This document shows, in pieces, positions 7,254 to 15,118 of a stretch of 20,648 nucleotides of DNA (positions are counted from its first letter, which is position 1; every line of letters begins with the position of its first letter). The translations under genes and the position numbers were made by a program. The stretch lies in contig CAVPSB010000040.1 of assembly GCA_963708025.1 (NCBI GenBank), positions 1-20,648 of the forward strand. Direction: 5' to 3'. Under the pieces are notes generated by a model that was not told the origin of the DNA, made no database searches, and was given only the letters and a program-made list of their open reading frames with translations. This DNA comes from an uncultured Candidatus Rokubacteria bacterium. Lineage in GTDB: Bacteria > Methylomirabilota > Methylomirabilia > Rokubacteriales > DASRDR01.

Positions 7254-8093
7254 TCAGTCCTTGAGGCCGGACAGCGCGATGCCCCGGATGAACGCGCGCT
7301 GGAACAGGAAGAAGAGGAGCGTCAGCGGAATCATGGCGATCGCCGAGATCGCCATGACCTCGTTGTACGTCGTCACGTACTCCTCCTGGAAGCGCTGGAG
7401 GCCGATGGGCACGGTGCGCAGGCGGTCCTCGGTGATGATGATGAACGGCCACACGAAGGCGTCCCACGTCTCGCGCCAGGTGAAGATGGCCAGGGTCAGC
7501 ACCGCGGGCCAGGAGAGCGGCATCACGATCCGGAAGTAAATGCGGAGCTCGCCGGCCCCGTCGATCCGCGCGGCCTCGATCAGCGAGTCCGGGAGGTGCA
7601 GCAGGAACTGCCGCATCAGGAAGATGCCGAACGCGTCGGCCACCACCGGGACGATCAGGCCCTGGTAGGTGTTCAGCCAGCCGAGATCCTTGACGATCAG
7701 GAACGTGGGGACCATCAGCACCTCGAGGGGCAGCATCAGGGTGCTGAGGATGGCGATGAACAGGGCCCGCTGGCCGAAGAACCGGTACTTGGCCAGACTG
7801 TAGCCGGCGAACCCGGCCAGCAGCACGTTGAGGAGCGTGACCGTGATCGACACGATGAAGCTGTTGAGGAAGTAGCGGCCGAAGTCGAAGCGGTTCCACG
7901 CCGTCGGGTAGTTGTCCCACTTCGGCGGCCGGGGCAGCCACTGGATGGGCAGCTCGAACACCCGGTTCAGCGGCTTCAGCGAGGTCGACACCATCCAGAA
8001 GACGGGCATCAGCATCACGATGCCGCCGGCCAGGACCACCAGGAAGCCGAGCCAGTAGAGCGCCCGGGTCCCGACGGTCCGCCGGCTAGCCAC
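7254..8093 (-). CDS. Carbohydrate ABC transporter permease (CUT1, MalG-like)
   Basis: WMVSTSLK, YFLNS, EAA loop LIEAARIDGA, FQRAFIRGI. Confidence 0.95.
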   Translation of the reverse strand: MASRRTVGTRALYWLGFLVVLAGGIVMLMPVFWMVSTSLKPLNRVFELPIQWLPRPPKWDNYPTAWNRFDFGRYFLNSFIVSITVTLLNVLLAGFAGYSLAKYRFFGQRALFIAILSTLMLPLEVLMVPTFLIVKDLGWLNTYQGLIVPVVADAFGIFLMRQFLLHLPDSLIEAARIDGAGELRIYFRIVMPLSWPAVLTLAIFTWRETWDAFVWPFIIITEDRLRTVPIGLQRFQEEYVTTYNEVMAISAIAMIPLTLLFFLFQRAFIRGIALSGLKD

Positions 8094-9045
8094 GGCGCTC
8101 CTCCCGGAACAGGCGGAGCTGGATGAGGGTGAACACCATGGTGCCCAGCAGGAGGAAGATCGACGCCGCGGTGGCCAGGCCCATCTTGAAGAACTGGAAG
8201 CCGGTCTGGTAGATGAAGAGCGACAGCACCCGGGTGGCGCCGTCGGGGCCGCCGCCGGAGACGATCAGCACGTTGGTGAACACCTTGGACATCAGGATGA
8301 TCGACACGACCACCACCAGGAGGATCGTCGGCCGCAGCAGCGGGAGGGTGATGAACCGGAACCGCTGCCACCGGCCGGCGCCGTCGATCGAGGCCGCCTC
8401 CAGGTACTCCTCCGGGATGCTCTGCAGTCCGGCCAGGTACAGGATCATGAAGTACGGCACGAAGCGCCACTCGGCGGCCAGGATGAAGCCGGGCATGGTG
8501 GCCCGACTGTTGGCCAGCCAGTCGATGGCCGGCATCCCCAGCGTCTGCAAGCCCACGTTCAGCAGGCCGTAGGGGTGGAACATGAAGCGCCACACCGTGG
8601 CGTACACGACCACCGGCATGATGGCCGGGATGAAGTACATCACGCGCAGGAAGTGCCGGGCCGGCAGCGCCGTGTTGAAGACCAGGGCCAGCCCGAGCGA
8701 GAGGAACCAGAGCGGGATGCAGGTGCCGAAGACGTAGTAGACCGTCGCCCCCACCGACTGGTGGAACAGCGGATCGTGGATCAGCGTCGCGTAGTTCCGG
8801 AAGCCGACGAACCTCGGCGGGCTCAGCAGGTCGTAGCTGGTGAGGCTCAGGTAGAAGGCGCGGAACATCGGCAGGAACTTGAACACCACCAGCAGCAGGA
8901 ACATCGGCAGCAGGAAGAAGTAGCCCCAGAGCTGGTGCCGCCCCTGGCGGGATCGCAGGAAGGCCAGCGACGGGCTCCCGCGCCGGCGTCCCTTCGGTCC
9001 AGCCTCGCCGGGGATGGTCGGCGTGCCGGCGTCCACGACCGTCAC
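8086..9045 (-). CDS. Carbohydrate ABC transporter permease (CUT1, MalF-like)
   Basis: FVGFRNY, YLAGLQSIPEEYLEAASIDGA, ITLPLLRP, GGPDGAT; probable GTG start in a GTGA overlap with the M24 stop. Confidence 0.93.
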   Translation of the reverse strand: MTVVDAGTPTIPGEAGPKGRRRGSPSLAFLRSRQGRHQLWGYFFLLPMFLLLVVFKFLPMFRAFYLSLTSYDLLSPPRFVGFRNYATLIHDPLFHQSVGATVYYVFGTCIPLWFLSLGLALVFNTALPARHFLRVMYFIPAIMPVVVYATVWRFMFHPYGLLNVGLQTLGMPAIDWLANSRATMPGFILAAEWRFVPYFMILYLAGLQSIPEEYLEAASIDGAGRWQRFRFITLPLLRPTILLVVVVSIILMSKVFTNVLIVSGGGPDGATRVLSLFIYQTGFQFFKMGLATAASIFLLLGTMVFTLIQLRLFREERRG

Positions 9046-10259
9046 AGCAGCAAGCGGTCCTCGTAGTCGATCCGCGACAGCACCCGCGGTGCCCCCTCGG
9101 TCACCAGGACCATGTCCTCGATGCGCACGCCGGCGCCGCCCTCCACGCCCGGGACCCACACCAGCGGCTCGATCGCGAAGACCATGTTCGGCTTCAGCTC
9201 GTACACCGACGCCCCGTGCATCGTCTCCCCGATGTACGGGGGCTCGTTGGCCCCCATCCCGATCCCGTGGCCGATGAACAGGCTGAACAGGTGCTCCTGC
9301 AGGCCGAACTCGGCGATCTTCGCCACGATGGCGTTGGACACGTCCAGGTTGGTCCTCCCCGGCCGCATGGTCGCGATCCCCGCCTGCAGCCCCTGGAAGA
9401 CCGCCGTGTAGACCTCCTTCTGCCGGCGCGACGGCTTGCCCACGACCGTCATCCGGCCGATGTCGGCGAAGTAGCCGTTCCACATGGCGCCGATGTCTAT
9501 GAAGCACACGTCGCGGTTGCGGATGAGCTTGTCGCTGCAGATCCGGTGGGGCGGCGACATGTGCTCCCCCGAGGCCACGAAGGGCGTGATGACGTGCGCC
9601 ATCTCGCCGCCCAGGTAGTAGAGGGTCTGCATGGCGTCGCCGGCCACCTCGCACTCCCGCCGGCCTTCGCGGACCGAATCCAGCGCCCGGCGGGTGACGG
9701 CTTCGCCGATGGCGCACGACTCCTCGATGACCGCGATCTCCGCCGGCAGCTTGATCATCCGCGCCTGCTGCATGGCCGAGTCACCGTCCACGAGCTCCAC
9801 CCCGGGCAGGAGGCGACGGATCGACTCGATCAGGATCATCGTCGGCTGATCGACGCCGATCCGCGCGCTGGAGAGCCGGTGCCGCGCCAGCGCCGGCGTC
9901 AGCACCGAGGTGACGAAGCCCTCGACCAGCCCGCGCTCTTCCATGATCGGGATGGCGTGCACTTCCGCCAGCCAGGGCATCTTGGCCAGCGCCCGATCGC
10001 GCTCTCCGCCCGAGCAGAGCAGGATGGGCTCGGCCTCGCGCGGGAACAGCACGCCGTTGAGCGAGCTGCTCTTCCCGGCGATCAGCTGCGCCCGCAGGCC
10101 GGTCAGGTAGCGGACGTTCTCGTCCTTCCAGACCAGGAGGGCGTCCAGCTCCTGCTCGACCATCCGGGCGCGCGCCTTCTCGACGCGCTGGCGGCGGAGC
10201 TCGGCGTAGTCCACGCGCGCTTCGTAGTGAACGTCGAACGGGCCCAGTGCGTAGCTCAT
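9042..10259 (-). CDS. M24-family (Xaa-Pro peptidase/creatinase-fold) metallohydrolase
   Basis: Creatinase-like N-domain (ENVRYLTG). All five metal ligands are visible: IDIG..YFAD, GHGIG, IEP, RIED. Confidence 0.92.
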   Translation of the reverse strand: MSYALGPFDVHYEARVDYAELRRQRVEKARARMVEQELDALLVWKDENVRYLTGLRAQLIAGKSSSLNGVLFPREAEPILLCSGGERDRALAKMPWLAEVHAIPIMEERGLVEGFVTSVLTPALARHRLSSARIGVDQPTMILIESIRRLLPGVELVDGDSAMQQARMIKLPAEIAVIEESCAIGEAVTRRALDSVREGRRECEVAGDAMQTLYYLGGEMAHVITPFVASGEHMSPPHRICSDKLIRNRDVCFIDIGAMWNGYFADIGRMTVVGKPSRRQKEVYTAVFQGLQAGIATMRPGRTNLDVSNAIVAKIAEFGLQEHLFSLFIGHGIGMGANEPPYIGETMHGASVYELKPNMVFAIEPLVWVPGVEGGAGVRIEDMVLVTEGAPRVLSRIDYEDRLLL

Positions 10260-10368
10260 GGTTCAGCCTGACCTCTCGTCGGTCGCGTGACGTGGCGGGG
10301 AATGTTACCGGGCTCGGCGACCCCCGCTTCCGTGAAACATCAGGGTCGTTGCGGAGGAGTCACGTTCT

Positions 10369-10494
10369 CGGGCGGGGCCGAGGAGCGAGCAGCGCTAGGA
10401 TGCAGGGAGTCGCCGACCGGAGGCGTACTCCTAGTACGCCGAGGATCGGCGACGACCGAGGACGACGCGATGCGACGCTCATCGGCCCCGCCCG
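10369..10494. mobile_element. 126-bp nested palindromic element (MITE-like or structured repeat)
   Basis: Terminal arms 10369-10387 and 10476-10494 match 18/19; inner arms GTCGCCGA/TCGGCGAC; central GGCGTACT-cct-AGTACGCC. The right end abuts CTAG, which contains the Gfo stop codon. Confidence 0.6.
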
Positions 10495-11490
10495 CTAGTA
10501 AGTCACCTCGACCAGCTTGCCCTCCCGCGCCGACCGGATCACCGCCTCCGTCAGCTGGACGCTGCGCAGGCCGTCCAGGCCGGACGGGCTCGGTTCGCGG
10601 TCGTGCCGGACGGCGTCGTTGAAGGCGGCCACGGTCCGCACGAAGGCGTCCTTGCTGCTGTGCTTGCTCACCTGCTCGCCCGCCTCGGTCCGGACCCGCA
10701 GCTCGCCGTCACGGAGGGGTCGCGTGCAATCGATCCCCAGGATCCGCCCGCTGGTACCGTAGATGGCGATGTCCGGCTGGTGGTGGGGTACCTTCTGGTT
10801 GGCGTTGACGTAGGCCATCGCGCCGTTCTGGAAGCGGAAGAGCGCGAGCACCATCACCTCCAGATCGGCCGTCCGGCCCACGTCGGTCATGGCCGTCACC
10901 TCCCGCACTTCCGAGCCCAGGAGGTAGCGCAGCAGGTCGTAGGGATGCACGGCGATGTTGTTGGTCGCCCCCACCCCGGCCAGCCCGGGATCGGTGCGCC
11001 AGCCCCGGAGGGGCGCCGCCCCCGCGCTGGCCTCGACCTGGACGAGGATCACCTCGCCGATGGCCCGCGCCTCGAGCAGGCGCTTGGCCTCGACGAAGGC
11101 CGAATGATGACGGGTCTGGAAGTTCGTGCCCAGCCGGAGCCCGGCCCGGGCGAACGCCTCCACGGCCCGCCGCGCCTCCGCCACCGTCAGCGCCAGCGGC
11201 TTGTCGCACAGCACGTGCTTGCCGGCGCGGGCGGCGGCCAGGGCCTGCTCGGCGTGGAGCCCGTTCGGCGTCGCGATGTAGACGATGTCAACCTCGCGGT
11301 CGCCGAGCATCTCCTGGTAGTCCGTGTAGGCCCGCAGGGCGCCGTGCTTGGCGGCGAAGGCGTCCGCCCGCCCCCGGTCGCGGCTGACCGCGGCGGCCAG
11401 GAAGCCCGCGCTGCCGAGCGCGTTGATCGCCGGCGCCATCGCGTTGCCGGCGATGCCGCCGGTGCCGATGATCCCCCAGCCCAGTGCCAC
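10495..11490 (-). CDS. Gfo/Idh/MocA oxidoreductase, 1,5-anhydro-D-fructose reductase-like
   Basis: WGIIGTGGIA, VYIATPNGLH, HVLCDKPLA, LGTN, LRGWR, NIAVHPYD; SD GAGGA upstream of the GTG. Confidence 0.9.
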   Translation of the reverse strand: MALGWGIIGTGGIAGNAMAPAINALGSAGFLAAAVSRDRGRADAFAAKHGALRAYTDYQEMLGDREVDIVYIATPNGLHAEQALAAARAGKHVLCDKPLALTVAEARRAVEAFARAGLRLGTNFQTRHHSAFVEAKRLLEARAIGEVILVQVEASAGAAPLRGWRTDPGLAGVGATNNIAVHPYDLLRYLLGSEVREVTAMTDVGRTADLEVMVLALFRFQNGAMAYVNANQKVPHHQPDIAIYGTSGRILGIDCTRPLRDGELRVRTEAGEQVSKHSSKDAFVRTVAAFNDAVRHDREPSPSGLDGLRSVQLTEAVIRSAREGKLVEVTY

Positions 11491-11505
11491 GGTCGTCCTC
11501 CTGGT

Positions 11506-12492
11506 CTAAGGGACGAGCAGGACCTTGCCGGTGGTCTTCCGGCCCGCCAGCGCGGCCTGGGCGTCCGCCGCCCGCTCCAGCGGATAGACGTGATCGGTCT
11601 TCAGCCTGAGCTTGCCGTCGGCGACCCAGCCGAACACGACCCGCACCCGCTCCAGCAGTTTCTCCCGGCTCTCGATGTAGTCGAACACGGTCGGCCGGGT
11701 GACGAACTGGGAGCCGACCCGCCCCAGGCGGTTCAGGTCGAACGGCGGCACGCGGCCGGCGGTGAGGCCATAGTCGATGAGCCACCCTCGGTGGGCCAGG
11801 CAGTTGAGGCTGCGCTCGAACGTCGTCCGGCCGATGTGATCGTACACGACCCGCACGCCCTCGCCACCCGTCAGCGCGCGGACCCGGACGTCGAAGTCCT
11901 CGTACGGGATCACCTCGTCGGCGGCGCCGAACTCGAGCGCCACCGCCCGCTTCGCCTCGGTGGAGGCGGTGCCGATGACCCAGGCCCCGCGCATCCGGGC
12001 CATCTGTCCCAGGAGCATCCCGCTGCCGCCGGCGGCGGCGTGGACGAGGCAGGTGTCTCCGGGCTGGACCGGATAGGCATCGTGCGTCATCGCGTGGCCG
12101 GTCACCCCCTGGTTGAAGCACGCCGCCGCCTGGCGGAAGCCGACGCTGGCCGGGAGCGGCACCGGCCAGTGCACGTCGACGTCCAGCACCGTGTGGGTGG
12201 CGTAGGAGCCGCATCCGCCGTTGTGGTCGCCCATCCAGGCGACGCGGTCGCCGGGCCGCAGGTCCGCGACCCCCGCCCCCACCGCCTCCACCACGCCGGC
12301 GCCTTCCTGACCCACGCCGACCGGCAGCGGCACCGGCCGGAACTGGCCGCTCCGCTGGTAGATGTCGTTGAAGTTCACGCCGGCCGCCTCGATCTTGACC
12401 CGGATCTGCCCGGGACCCGGCGACGGCGTCGGCCGCTCCTCCAGCGTCATCTTCTCGGGGCCGCCGTACTCGTAGAGCCGTACGACCTTCAT
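11506..12492 (-). CDS. NADPH:quinone oxidoreductase (MDR/zeta-crystallin family), paralogue 2
   Basis: YGGPE, AAGVNFND, GQEGAG, HAAAGGSG, GSQFVTRPT, TTGKVLL. Confidence 0.93.
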   Translation of the reverse strand: MKVVRLYEYGGPEKMTLEERPTPSPGPGQIRVKIEAAGVNFNDIYQRSGQFRPVPLPVGVGQEGAGVVEAVGAGVADLRPGDRVAWMGDHNGGCGSYATHTVLDVDVHWPVPLPASVGFRQAAACFNQGVTGHAMTHDAYPVQPGDTCLVHAAAGGSGMLLGQMARMRGAWVIGTASTEAKRAVALEFGAADEVIPYEDFDVRVRALTGGEGVRVVYDHIGRTTFERSLNCLAHRGWLIDYGLTAGRVPPFDLNRLGRVGSQFVTRPTVFDYIESREKLLERVRVVFGWVADGKLRLKTDHVYPLERAADAQAALAGRKTTGKVLLVP

Positions 12493-12502
12493 CGCCTCCC
12501 GC

Positions 12503-12590
12503 CTACCCGATCCTTCGACGGCCTTCGGCCTTTGGCCCCCTCCCCGGTTGGTCGACGGCCTTCGGCCTTTGGCCGGGGGAAGGGGGGAGC
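12503..12590. repeat. Composite intergenic repeat: 23-bp direct repeat interleaved with C-rich/G-rich inverted arms
   Basis: TCGACGGCCTTCGGCCTTTGGCC at 12515-12537 and 12552-12574; arms CCCCCTCCCCGG and CCGGGGGAAGGGGGG. Confidence 0.8.
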
Positions 12591-12618
12591 CGGACTCGAT
12601 CGACGCGTCGGCACGCTC

Positions 12619-13599
12619 TCAGCGCGGGAGCAGGATGATCTTCCCGGTCGTCTGCCGGCCGGCCAGCGCAGCCTGCGCCCGGGGCGCGTCGGCCAGCCGG
12701 TAGCGATGGTCGATGCGCAGCTTGACCTGGCCGCTGGCGATCCAGCCGAAGACCGTCCGCGACCGCCAGAGCCGCTCCTCCCGGGTGACGAGGTAGTCGA
12801 ACATCGTCGGGCGGGTCAGGAACTGCGAGCCGAGACGCGGGAGCCGGTTCAGGTCGAACGGCGGAACGCGCCGGTGCGACATCCCGTAGTAGACGAGCAT
12901 CGCCCGCCGGGCCAGGCAGTTGACGGTGCGCTCGAAGGTGGCGACCCCGATGTGGTCGTAGGCGACGTCCACGCCGCGCCCGCCGGTCAGCGCGCGGACC
13001 CGGACGTCGAAGTCCTCGTACGGGATCGCCTCGTCGACGGCGCCGGTCTCGAGCGCGATCCGCCGCTTGGCCTCGGTGGAGGCGGTACCGATCACCCACG
13101 CCCCGCGCATCCGGGCCATCTGGCCGACGAGGAGGCCGCTGCCCCCTGCCGCCGAGTGGACCAGGCACAGATCGCCCGCCTTGACCGGGTACACGGAGTG
13201 GGTCATCGCGTGGGCGGAGACGCCCTGCATCGCCGCCCCCGCGCCCTGCTCGAAGCTGAGCGCCGCCGGCAGCGGCACCAGCCACTCGGACAGGAGTAGC
13301 GCGTGGGTGCCGTAGGAGCCACAGCCGCCGTGGTGGTCGCCGCACCAGGCGACCCGGTCCCCCGGCCGGTCGTGGACGCCGGGCCCGACCGCCTCGACGA
13401 CGCCCGCGCCCTCCTGGCCGAGGTGGGTCGGCAGCGGCACCGGCCGGAACTGGCCGCTCCGCTGATAGATGTCGTTGAAGTTCACCCCGGCCGCCTCCAC
13501 GCGGACGAGCACCTGGCCGGGGCCGGGCGTAGGCGTCGCTCGCTCCTCGAGCTTCATGACCTCGGGACCGCCGTACTCGTAGATCCGGAAGACCTTCAC
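12619..13599 (-). CDS. NADPH:quinone oxidoreductase (MDR/zeta-crystallin family), paralogue 1
   Basis: Same motifs (HSAAGGSG, GSQFLTRPT). The GTG start at 13599 aligns with the paralogue's start and overlaps the upstream TGA. Confidence 0.93.
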   Translation of the reverse strand: MKVFRIYEYGGPEVMKLEERATPTPGPGQVLVRVEAAGVNFNDIYQRSGQFRPVPLPTHLGQEGAGVVEAVGPGVHDRPGDRVAWCGDHHGGCGSYGTHALLLSEWLVPLPAALSFEQGAGAAMQGVSAHAMTHSVYPVKAGDLCLVHSAAGGSGLLVGQMARMRGAWVIGTASTEAKRRIALETGAVDEAIPYEDFDVRVRALTGGRGVDVAYDHIGVATFERTVNCLARRAMLVYYGMSHRRVPPFDLNRLPRLGSQFLTRPTMFDYLVTREERLWRSRTVFGWIASGQVKLRIDHRYRLADAPRAQAALAGRQTTGKIILLPR

Positions 13600-13904
13600 G
13601 CCCGGTTCCCTCCGGCACGGCTGGAGAAGTAGACGGGGCCGACGTGCTCCTGGACCCAGCTCACCGTCGTGAAGCCGTGCTCGGTGATCCACTGGTCGTC
13701 GAGACCGGTCGCGGCCTGGGCCTGGGCCGCGGTCTCCCAGGTGGTGACGCCGATCCCCGACTCCTCGCCGGTCTGGATCAGCTCGTAGCCGACGAAGCCG
13801 GGCCGCTGGCGGTAGAGCGGATAGGCGGTGTCGCGGGCCCGCTGGAGCGTCTCCTCGGCGGTGCCCTTCTGGAAGGAGTAGACGCTGACGCACGCGTGCG
13901 GCAT
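13596..13904 (-). CDS. Small dimeric alpha-beta barrel protein (antibiotic biosynthesis monooxygenase-like)
   Basis: 102 aa; PLYRQRPGFVGYELI...VTTWETAAQAQAA matches the ABM PGF...W pattern; SD AGGAGG. Confidence 0.75.
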   Translation of the reverse strand: MPHACVSVYSFQKGTAEETLQRARDTAYPLYRQRPGFVGYELIQTGEESGIGVTTWETAAQAQAATGLDDQWITEHGFTTVSWVQEHVGPVYFSSRAGGNRA

Positions 13905-13935
13905 CCCGACCTCCTGTGCCCGTCGCGGGCGCCCC

Positions 13936-13982
13936 ACCATACCATACAGATCGTGGAAACCTCAAAACGTTCTTGCTAAGAT
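13936..13982. promoter_or_regulatory. Overlapping divergent sigma70-type promoters
   Basis: Minus strand: TTGAGG (13965-13960)-18 nt-TATGGT with TG extension. Plus strand: TGGAAA (13954-13959)-17 nt-TAAGAT with TG extension. The stretch is an AT-rich island between the divergent genes. Confidence 0.55.
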
Positions 13983-14044
13983 TACGCCGCGCTGAAAGGG
14001 TCGGCGGGTCCATCGTTCACGAACAACGAGCCCGAGGAATCGCG

Positions 14045-15073
14045 ATGAAGCCGAGAGTGTTCGTGGTGCAACCCATCCCCGAGGTCGCGCTGAACCTGCT
14101 GCGCGAGGTGGCCGACGTCGCCGTCTTCCCGCACCTCACCCGGCAGATCAGCCTCGACGAGCTGGTGGCGAGCGCCCGGCGGAGCGACTACATCTTCGCG
14201 ATGGGCGACACGCTGATCCCGGCCGAGGTGATCGACGCCAACCCGGACCTCAAGGGCATCTCGGTGGTGTCCCGGAAGGCGAGCAACATCGACCTGGAGG
14301 CCGCGCGGGCGCGCCGGCTGCCGGTGGCGATCACGCACCCGGCCGACGCCGTCTACCGGAAGATCTGCAAGGTCACCGGCGACCTGACCATGGCCATGAT
14401 CCTGTCCCTGGCCTACCGCCTGATCGACTCGGACCGCTACACCCGCTGCGGGAAGTTCCAGGAGCAGACCCTGGCCCTCATGGGCGTGGGCTGCCCGGGC
14501 AAGACCGCCGGCCTGATCGGGCTGGGCATCGTGGCCGAGTTCATGGTGCCGCGCCTCCGCGCCTTCGAGATGGAAGTGCTCTACACCAAGCGCACCCGAC
14601 TCGCGCCCGAGCGCGAGCGCGCGCTCGGCGTCACCTGGGCGGCCGACAAGGAGGAGGTGCTCCGGCGGAGCGACTTCGTCGTCGTCGCGTGCGACTACAA
14701 CCCGACCACGCACCTGCTGATCGGCGCCCGTGAGTTTGCCCTGATGAAGCCCACGGCGTTCTTCCTCAACACCGCCCGGGGCCGGATCGTGGACGAGGCG
14801 GCGCTGGTCCGGGCGCTGGAGGACGGCACGATCGCCGGCGCCGGCCTCGACGTCTACTGGAACGAGCCGCCGGTCGTGCCCGACCCGGAGCCCCACCCGG
14901 GGCTCCTGAAGCTGGACAACGTGATCCTGGCGCCGCACAACGGTGGGGCCACCTGGGACGTGCGCGGCGAGATGACCACGTCGGTCGCGCGCAACATCGT
15001 GGCGATGATCAAGGGCGAGCGGCCGCCCGGCCTCTTCAACCCCGAGATCTACGGCGAGGCCCCCAAGCACTAG
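14045..15073 (+). CDS. D-isomer-specific 2-hydroxyacid dehydrogenase (glyoxylate reductase-like, divergent)
   Basis: MKPRVFV, GKTAGLIGLG, SDFVVV, MKPTAFFLNTARGRIVDE, GAGLDVYWNEP, APHNGG (Arg/Glu/His catalytic residues present). Confidence 0.92.
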   Translation: MKPRVFVVQPIPEVALNLLREVADVAVFPHLTRQISLDELVASARRSDYIFAMGDTLIPAEVIDANPDLKGISVVSRKASNIDLEAARARRLPVAITHPADAVYRKICKVTGDLTMAMILSLAYRLIDSDRYTRCGKFQEQTLALMGVGCPGKTAGLIGLGIVAEFMVPRLRAFEMEVLYTKRTRLAPERERALGVTWAADKEEVLRRSDFVVVACDYNPTTHLLIGAREFALMKPTAFFLNTARGRIVDEAALVRALEDGTIAGAGLDVYWNEPPVVPDPEPHPGLLKLDNVILAPHNGGATWDVRGEMTTSVARNIVAMIKGERPPGLFNPEIYGEAPKH

Positions 15074-15074
15074 A

Positions 15075-15111
15075 CCCTCACCCCAACCCTCTCCCTGGGA
15101 GGGAGAGGGAG
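15075..15111. repeat. REP-like CCCTCACCCC..CCCTCTCCC/GGGAGAGGG hairpin between convergent genes (possible terminator)
   Basis: 10-bp stem CCCTCTCCCT-ggg-AGGGAGAGGG at 15087-15109. Confidence 0.75.
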
Positions 15112-15118
15112 CGGAGAG

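Noticed and set aside
4043..7941. Very long antisense and alternative-frame ORFs (e.g. 4043-5941 -, 3931-5952 +, 5872-7941 -; likewise 10603-13299 +, 15122-17239 +, 17464-20058 +)
   Set aside because: Shadow ORFs expected at very high GC; they are Arg/Gly/Pro-rich, show no motifs and overlap well-supported genes.
9042..10259. Specific call as DddP, DoeA or PepQ
   Set aside because: Fold and metal ligands support M24 only; I cannot assign an orthologue without a phylogeny.
12515..12574. 23-bp repeats as a mini CRISPR array
   Set aside because: Only two units, a 14-bp spacer and no cas genes.
13954..13976. Sigma54 promoter (TGG...TTGC)
   Set aside because: The GG-to-GC spacing is far longer than the required -24/-12 geometry.
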